In this document: positions 55,820 through 64,000 of the stretch, one piece after another
Layout of the letters: every line of letters starts with the position of its first letter
Numbering within the stretch: position 1 is the stretch's first letter
From: Auanema rhodensis
Lineage: Eukaryota > Animalia > Nematoda
NCBI GenBank assembly: GCA_964057225.1
Contig: OZ059896.1
Coordinates: 15,624,001-15,688,000 of the forward strand
Length of the DNA: 64,000 nucleotides
Direction: 5' to 3'
Notes under the pieces: generated by a model
Database searches by the model: none
What the model was told of the DNA's origin: nothing
The model's input: the letters and a program-made list of their open reading frames with translations, nothing else
Made by a program: the position numbers and the translations under genes

Positions 55820-57404
55820 ATGTTCATATTCAGTGTTTTACGTCTATTGGTATATATCTTAAGCTGTGTATTTTCTATTCCAGCTATATATATATTAACA
55901 TTTCATACAAAACTTCATAGAAATTTCAGGTTATTATAGAAAATGTAACAAAATATATTTTAAGAAAGATTGATTTAGAGCAATTTTAATGTTCATGACA
56001 CTTTCGGGATATTTGATTACCATGACTACTGCAATAACAGTAACAATGGAGCAAAATTCAGATATTGTCAATAGTCAGGTATATATGTATATATCTATAA
56101 TATTTAAGATTTTTTTACAAATGTGGCTGTGCTAAGCAGACATTGAACTTACCATGCAATCCTTTGAAACCTGAGATATTTTACCTAAAACCCATATTTA
56201 TCTATAGACAGTTTGATTGATATCTTGGAGATAAAATACTAAACTCTAAATTTTGAACCAAATTTTAGTTTTTAAACTTGCTCAGCTTATATGCTAGTAC
56301 ATGCAATACCAGTCACAGGGAGGGATTCCAATTTTTTATTTCAAAAAATTATAAAAAATTTCTACTTCTATAGTACGCGATAATGATTTTTTTTTTTTAA
56401 TTTCTAAATTTATAAAAGCTATTCAAAGACATTGTAGTATGATAATCCGAAATGATTAAAAACTGTTTGTTAGCTTCTTGTGACTGGTACTGTATATCAA
56501 TTATAAACAAATATTTTTATTTTTATTTTTATTTAGGAATGGCAACAAATTTCCTCTTTCTCTATGTTATTTGGAGCAATTGTATATGTAATAGCTTCAA
56601 TAAATTTAACATTTGAGAGACTTATAGCATTTTGTTTTGTAAAAACTTATGAAAATCTTTCAACTTCTTTTATTTCTCTCATTCTGATTTGTTTATCAAT
56701 TGTAAGTTTAATATTGCAGTTTTTAAAATATTTTCATAGATTTTACCGTCAGTTCTTATAAGTATTCTGGCAGTGTGGTGGTCTTGGATAACGGTAGTAG
56801 TTTTTACGGTTTGTGGAGCAGTTGGCGGATTGGTATGAAATGAAAGATTCTTAATAATCTTATAACAAATTCATATAATTATAATTTTATATTCAAGATA
56901 TCCTTATATTTACGTTATAAACAAAAAGTTATCGTTGCTGATATGAATCGTACATTACAAAGCAAGTAAGATGAAAGGTATATGAGTAAGAAAATACAGA
57001 ATATTTTTTAGATTTCAACATAACGAGAACATTAAAACTACTCCAATATATTTGGGAATATCACTAAATGAACTAATCAGTGCTATCATATCCGGATTTA
57101 TTTTTCCATTTGTTGATGGACATGAACTGAATGAAAATAAATACGATTTTGCTGGTCAAGCTATACATTTGGTAAATATATCAAAATTAACCATTATTTT
57201 TTACTCAAAATAATTATAATTTTAAATTGAAATATCTTTCAGATTGGAGCATATAGAGTTTTATTTGTTCATTGTTTTATTATTGTTTATTGGTATATGG
57301 ATAACATGAAGAAAAAGAACTTAATCTGTGGATATTCTTTGAGGAATGGAGAAGCGACAGATGAACATTTCAAACAAATGAATAACCTGTGGAGAATAAA
57401 ATAA
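55820..57404 (+). CDS. Nematode serpentine chemoreceptor (Sra superfamily: Srab/Sre-like), 7 exons; 5' end uncertain
   Basis: LHRNFR, FERLIAFCFVKTYE, LQSKFQHNENIK and C-terminal HFKQMNNLW are typical Sra/Srab/Sre motifs. Hydrophobic segments join in frame. Confidence 0.85.
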
Positions 57405-57477
57405 TAGAATTAAGATGACTAAAACCAATAATGATTCAAGTTCATCAATCAAGTTTATTATAAATGAATACTAAATT

Positions 57478-60400
57478 TCAATTTTTTGCAGCCGTCTGTG
57501 TGATTTGTGAGAAGAAGAGTTGTGTTCCTTGCTCGTACTGTTTCATCCATATATCTTTCGTATTAATTTTTGAATTCGATATTTTCTTTGTCAACTCATA
57601 CGTCTGAATAATTTTATATTTTTCGTTGATTGTAGTAAAGTTGAACCTGGTTAATGAAGTCCTTCAAAAATAGTTGATCCAATACTAAACTGGGAATATC
57701 ATGTGCATTATCATGACATCGTTGGCAGATACCAAGCGAAGATTTAACCTGAAATATACTGTGATATCTTTCTTCTTAACTATTATATATTTACCTTAAA
57801 GCATATATGTCCTACTAAATCATAATCAATTGCTAAACGTTCAGGATTAGACCGAATATCTTCAAATTCATACATTATAATCATTACAAATACATTCAAA
57901 ATAACAATTGTTCCAATCATCATGAAAAGTACAAAGTAAGCTGATCCTAAAATATAAAAATGCTTTTCAATATTGGATATCGTTTAACCTAATATAGAGG
58001 TGTCATATACTTTTCCACCAGCAACTTTACCCAGAAGAGAAGAAACAAGTGTTTGAAGAGAAACAAAATACGAATGATAACTGAAAACGCGTATATCAAA
58101 TCTCTTTTCAATCAAATTTCTTTTACTTTTCTAATTTATTGCTCAATAAGTGAAGTATAGAGATCACAAATGTATTCAGAAAACAGGTGAAGAAGAGTCC
58201 AAAGTCGAATACTTGAGAAGAAGCACTGCTCAACGTATCGGCTAAGGCTGATATTCGATGATTTTGCCTGAAAATTGGAAATTGAAAGCCATCAGTGGAA
58301 CGTTTACCTCAGAATTTTTATAAACTTGAATGAAATAAAGAAGACAATTGTAGCAAATATATATGTAAACGCAAGTTCTAAATCACGTTGTTTAGTTAAA
58401 TTAATGAAAATATTTCCATTTGTTGTGACAAATCGTTCAGTAATCTGAAAATTCAAAATTGAATCAAGGTATATACATAGAGTACTAGATACCTCAGAAG
58501 CATTAATGCTTTTCATAATGAATATATAAACTGTTGAAATTCCTAATAAACTAACGAGTAAATCAGTAAATTCCCAAAAGTTATAGGATCTAAAGAAGGA
58601 ATTTAGATAATTCCCATGAAACATTGAATTTGACAAACCCAATCAAGACGTGTTTCAATAGTTTAAATGGATTTCCAATAGAACTTCTCTTGATAAACGT
58701 TCGTCTATCGGATACTAATTGGATGATTTCGTACAGAAACTTGATTATACAGTATAACAAGTAGAATATCTGGAGAAATACTCTTTGTTTTCTTAAAAAG
58801 TAAACAAACCAACCTCTAGTAAAGTTTTGAGTTCACCATCATCCTCATTTCGGTAAATACGAATGGTTTCTATCCATACAGTTGGATGAAAAAATCCTAA
58901 ACAAGCTATGATTAGAGACTAATAGATGATTTTCAATTTGAACCTTCTTCTGGAATTTCCACGAGAAGTTGAATTACTGAGAAATAATTTATCTGAGCAT
59001 TATAACAAGAAATTTCTACCATGATAGCTCTTGTATTCTGCAAATATAGAATATGATGATATGAAGAGATACTGAAGATGTCCACTTCATCAATCCAGCA
59101 TTCATTGTTCAACTGGGAAAAACGTTTTCTGAGACTTTCTGAAGAACCTTGTAGAGATACTATGTAACCACCACCTTCATAATTTCCAAATAATCCCATC
59201 AAACGTGGATCTAAATGCACATAACTAGACAGATGAATACTTAGCTGTCGGAATACTTCCTGTTTCTTCTGAAGATGAATGAGTAAAGCCTTTACCCAAT
59301 ACGTTGTTCTCTGACTTCCAACGTGCAACTTGTGATGAACAACTTGAATTTCGCAGTTTTCCAACTCTATTGGATAAGGAGTTGAAGGTTTGGAGATTGT
59401 TGTGATCAATCACACTGGTAGTTGAACGAATTTGTCTGATGATACCATAACCCATTGAACGTGAAGCCTTAAAAATAGAAAGATACATCAGAAGCCATTG
59501 ATTGATGCTACTTTATCATTAAACATCCCCCTCATATCATAAGCTGGATCCCCATCTGACCAAGTTGAAGTGAGTCCTGTTCATTTGGCTTTCTATTACA
59601 TAATTGTAATAATTATAAAAACCTGGTGTTAAAGAATCGTTAAGCCATCTCCAAAAGTCGTGCTCATTTCTTATTTTCAAAAACGAATTGTCAGAATCCG
59701 TTTGAAGATTAAACACATATTTCATCTATTTTGATATAACATTCAGTATATTAACTGTTGAAATCTTACATTATTCTGATAGTAAAATCCATACTTATCA
59801 CGAATCAAGTACATCAAGCTTCCAAGCAATATCAAAGATATGAGCAAGAAAGCAAACTCTTTCATTGTCTCGAACAATAGTTCTTCTCTATATACCCATG
59901 TATATGGCCAACGTTGTTGCATTTCCTTTACCTTAATCGATTATCACGAGAAACTTGTAGCTTTATTATATCCGAATTCCTTCTTCCTGTGTCATCATGT
60001 TGTTCTTGCGACAAAATTGGCTCTGAAATGCTGATGTGAGTTTGCTTTTGGAGAATTTGGTAAACGTTTCGTCTGCGAATTTCGAAGATTTAAAAGGAAA
60101 AGTTCTATTTTAGAAACAAAAGCATAGATTAATCCATTTCTTTCATGAACACATGCTAGAAGAATAACCTGAAAATATTTGTTTCAACTTGTTTCAACAT
60201 AGAAATTGTACTTTGATCGGTTCCATTAGGAAAATCCATATAACAATGATTATCAAGAATTGCTTTGTTACCGTATTAGATTGATGTTCCGTTAATGATA
60301 AAGATTTCTGAGATATATTTGGATTAATTTCCAAATTTTCAAAAAAAACTTACAGTAATATTAAAAATAAATAGAATAAGAAGAATAGTTCGAATGAATA

Positions 60401-63400
60401 GCATTAGTATTAGTTTCATTATAGGATTCATATATGACATTGGAACTTTGAAGTTTTCTTTCATTTTCTTGAAACTATTGATTTCGTTATGTTCATGTAT
60501 TGTCAAAATTCTTCTAAATAACAATATAATTGAGAAAAATGATATATGCAACGTTAGTACTTCCATAAAAATAGAATAAGCTGATTCATGGTAGTTAAGA
60601 TACATGATAAGACTACGGCTATCACGATCTGAAAATTTTAGTTGAAAATCGTTTTCTAACAAACATTCACATTGATCATAAGAGAATCAGTTGGATTAGC
60701 AGTCAAATATTGAGAAATACATAGAAGTATTGAAGTTAATATTGAAAATGAATACCATAGTGAGATTACTTGTATATTTCTTCCAAATCTTCCGTTTGAA
60801 CTTTCTAAAATAAGTTTCATTTTTATATTTTCATATACGTATGCATATACCAAAGAAAATTGCTAAAAAACTAATATTTTCAGTCAACTGATGTAAACAT
60901 AAGAAGTCGGAAAAATAATATTTTGATCCTTTTTCTTGAACTAAACATTCCACCTTAATATCAGCCTAGTCACTATAGTTACTAGGAAATTTAAAAAACT
61001 TGGCTCTTGTAATGTGTTCCTAACCAGCATCCTACTGGAAACGAGAATGTTTCTCGAGTTTGTACGTCGAATATTAAGATTTTTGAACAAAACCATTCCT
61101 CCGTCTTACCAGTACCCATCTGATCAACCCATAAGCGAAGATACTTGATATGTCCGAGACAACTTGACATTTTGATGAAAGCTATTTGAAAACAAAAGAA
61201 AATACTTCGAAGTAGTCAGCAGATATCTGGAATAGGATCCCCATTTGAACCTGATTTCATCATTCTTCCTTGACTTTTCGTCAATTTCCAGCCTTCTGGC
61301 CATTTCCGATGATATTTTTCCCGTCAAATTGAAGCAAATCTTTAAACTTTTCGTTGTTTTGAAAACTAAATTACATTGAATACTTGAGAATTTGTAGACG
61401 AAAATTGTCGGAAACCAGTAAAAACAGTTAGAATATACATGTAAGTATGATCCGGTCGATTATCATCAAGGTAGTGGATTTTCTTCTAAAATTCAAAAAT
61501 TAGAGGCTCAATGAAATTTCTACTTCACCTTTTCATTTCTAACTAATGATAAAGATTGATGAATATTATAGATGATTATCAGAAAAAATATGTTATAACA
61601 TATAATTAATACAAATAATTTTATATTTTTCTATAAAAACTTATAATTTAATAATCAAAGTATGAAATCTTACAGCAATAACATCAACAATATACTCATA
61701 CGTATTTGTTGTTATAACATCCTGATTAAATATTCCAACAGAGAATGATGTTAAATGAGTTGATTCACATAGTACAATCTTCAGATCTGATGTATTAGTT
61801 GACTATAATAGAATAAAAGGCATTTATATGTTAAATGTTTAGGATTTAACCGAAATTCCCCAAGATTCCATACGATCTGTATTAGAGTTGTAGGAATAAC
61901 ATCCTTTAGTTAAGACTCTAACGTCATGATCCATATTATCTGAAAACATCTCTTAGAAACATTGGTAACTTAGTGTCATAAGTCTGAGGAAAGCTTAAGA
62001 GGGGAAAGGAGACAACATTTCCTTTCTCTCTTACTTTCAGAAAAACGCCATGTCCTGGAATATCCAAAAGGTTTATCGTAATCGTTGTATAATACACTTT
62101 TGTTTCCAAGCTTCTTGTCGGAAAGTGATCCGAAACCAAAAATAAATAAACCAGTCATGTTCAGTAGTTCAGAATTCAAAATGTGAAACTGGTTGAAAGC
62201 TTGAAGTAAAGAAAGGTATATGTTTCAACTCTTCTGTTACTCTTGTCATTGATATGTTCGAAGAAAAATGAATGATCCTCTGCACGAGGCCCCGGAACGG
62301 ATTGAAAATTCATGAAGAAACATTCGGAAACATTCGATGTTCTTCGTGCAGATGTTGTAACCTTTATGTGAATGTAACTTTCTAAGAAAGAAAGATCAGA
62401 ATGAAAACCTGAATAACAAGAGAAGCATTCCATGTTTTTGTTTCAAATGAATTTAAATTCAGAATTTGATAATCCTCTAAAGGAGAGTGAGATATAGTAA
62501 CCAAAGGATCAATATGAACTAAAATAATATAAATTTGGAAAATAAAAGCAAAACACAAGAACCATCTTTTAGAAGACCTTTTATCTTAATAGGCTTTTTG
62601 GTATTCTGAACTCTGCAAGACTTATTATAAGAAAAATATACTGGAAATAGATTTTACTTGATAATCTCCAAGTTTTCCGTTTTAATTTGAACATCTAAAG
62701 TTCCACTATTTATCAAATTATCTATATTATCAATATAATAATATAAATTTTCTTCAAAACAAATGATATTTAAGATAAAATTATCTTTAGACGATATCTG
62801 TTTGATATTTAAATCATCAAGTTCGGCTGGAAATTTCAACTGAAAATTGAAGTTTTGAAGTATTTATCTGGATAGTAGGCTCTGACTTCCCAATTCATAC
62901 AATGATGTTCTCGTTTCAGAACAGAGTTTTCATTCCCTCCTGCTAGTATAAGCTGCCCCCCTTGAGCCTCTTTAGACTGAAAACCAAAATTATTGAAAAA
63001 ACTAAAAGCATATGGCCTCATGACTGACATCATAGTAGAATGGAAAACCTTGCGACTCGACTAGTGTCTCAGCTAACGAATCCATCATACTATTCAAAGT
63101 TGAAACCAATTGATTTACCAAATCTTTACTCTAAACCAACATGCATGTGTTATTCAATTAACAAAGAAACTGACTATTTGCTTCTGAACAAGACGTGTAG
63201 CTTCGAAAGACCATTCTTCATCACTGTATTCTTCAACATATCGTATATCATCTGAAGTTATTTGTCAAACCACAGTATTATTCAAACCTTAACCTGGATA
63301 TTCTGGTAAAGGATTAAATATTTCGTTAAAATTAGTTTTTTCATAGTTCAAATTTCGAGAAACATCACTGGCTAATGGATTATTCCAATTATTTTTCAAT

Positions 63401-64000
63401 GCTTTCAATATTGATGAAGATACTTCTAATGTTTTCCCTGATATCTGAAACATTTGTATTGTTATGTAAATAAAATTTATGAATTCAACAGATTTAATCT
63501 CTTCTTCAGTTAATTCTTTGGACTCGAACATCTTTTGAATATTACCAAGAGTTTTACTCATATATTCAAATGATTTTTGACTTGTTAGCGATTGAACAAC
63601 AATGTCTGGAACACAAATATCTTATCAGAATAATTGTAACCAGATCAAAACCTAAACTCGTTTCAGCAAATTCAGCCGATGGATAGATTTTAGCACCATT
63701 TATTAGGATTCCATATGTTTCATTTCTAATCAGTATACCTGACTCTACATCTATACTTCCAGACTCGAATTCGAGTCGACTCCTATAAGTCAAATTGAGA
63801 TTTTCCTTCGAAAAATGAATATAATCTAACCAGTCATGTGATTCTGAATACTTTGAGTACATATATGAAGAAATTGTGAGAAAGTTCAATGAATCATAAA
63901 CTTCCAGCTTTACATGAATATCATATAAAATGATATGATTAACATCATTTTCCCATAAAATCATATATGTATCATATAGCTCTACTGTCCAAATCCCTGA
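57478..64000 (-). CDS. lov-1: Polycystin-1 / lov-1-like receptor (GPS, PLAT, polycystin channel region); N-terminus lies beyond the window
   Basis: GPS CESTHLTSFSVG (~61740-61775); PLAT YILTVFTGFR...LGHIKYLRLWVD...EWFCSKI...FPVGCWLG; FWRWLNDSL; GNYEGGGY; WIDE|NTRAIMVE; GKVAG pore segment; DDIRYVEEYSDEEW resembles lov-1. Orthologue versus paralogue is not established. Confidence 0.9.

Noticed and set aside
56768-56779. miR-34-like TGGCAGTGTGGT
   Set aside because: Lies within a chemoreceptor coding exon; no hairpin.
58933-63561. Overlapping ORFs suggesting a frameshifted lov-1 pseudogene
   Set aside because: Each junction examined is explained by a short GT-AG intron that keeps the frame.
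1-64000. CRISPR arrays, operon-type prokaryotic systems, transposase/RT ORFs
   Set aside because: Intron-rich eukaryotic DNA; no repeat-spacer arrays or such domains were seen.

Overview
AT-rich eukaryotic genomic DNA, almost certainly from a rhabditid-type nematode (short ~45-60 nt introns, many small exons, nematode-specific gene families). The species cannot be determined from this sequence. Most entries in the ORF track are intron/microsatellite artefacts, so genes were rebuilt by hand from GT-AG splicing. Eleven spliced genes are supported: SH2-tyrosine kinase of the Fer/Fes class (+), SLC17-like MFS transporter (+), F-box protein (+), orphan type-I membrane protein (-), RING/B-box/coiled-coil protein (-), small Shisa-like single-TM protein (-), Spinster MFS (-), giant membrane-anchored WAP/thyroglobulin/antistasin/Kunitz protein (+), HAD-IIA phosphatase (-), Sra/Srab/Sre-type chemoreceptor (+) and a lov-1/polycystin-1 homologue (-, 5' part outside the window). 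No tRNA, rRNA, CRISPR or transposase was recognised. The main unexplained non-coding signals are (i) recurring 40-70 bp clusters of ACGT-core motifs at unrelated genic positions, (ii) (CT)n/(AG)n tract polarity that tracks transcription direction over many kb, and (iii) relaxed splice signals. I found no clear-cut novel biological system; the ACGT clusters are the best candidate.
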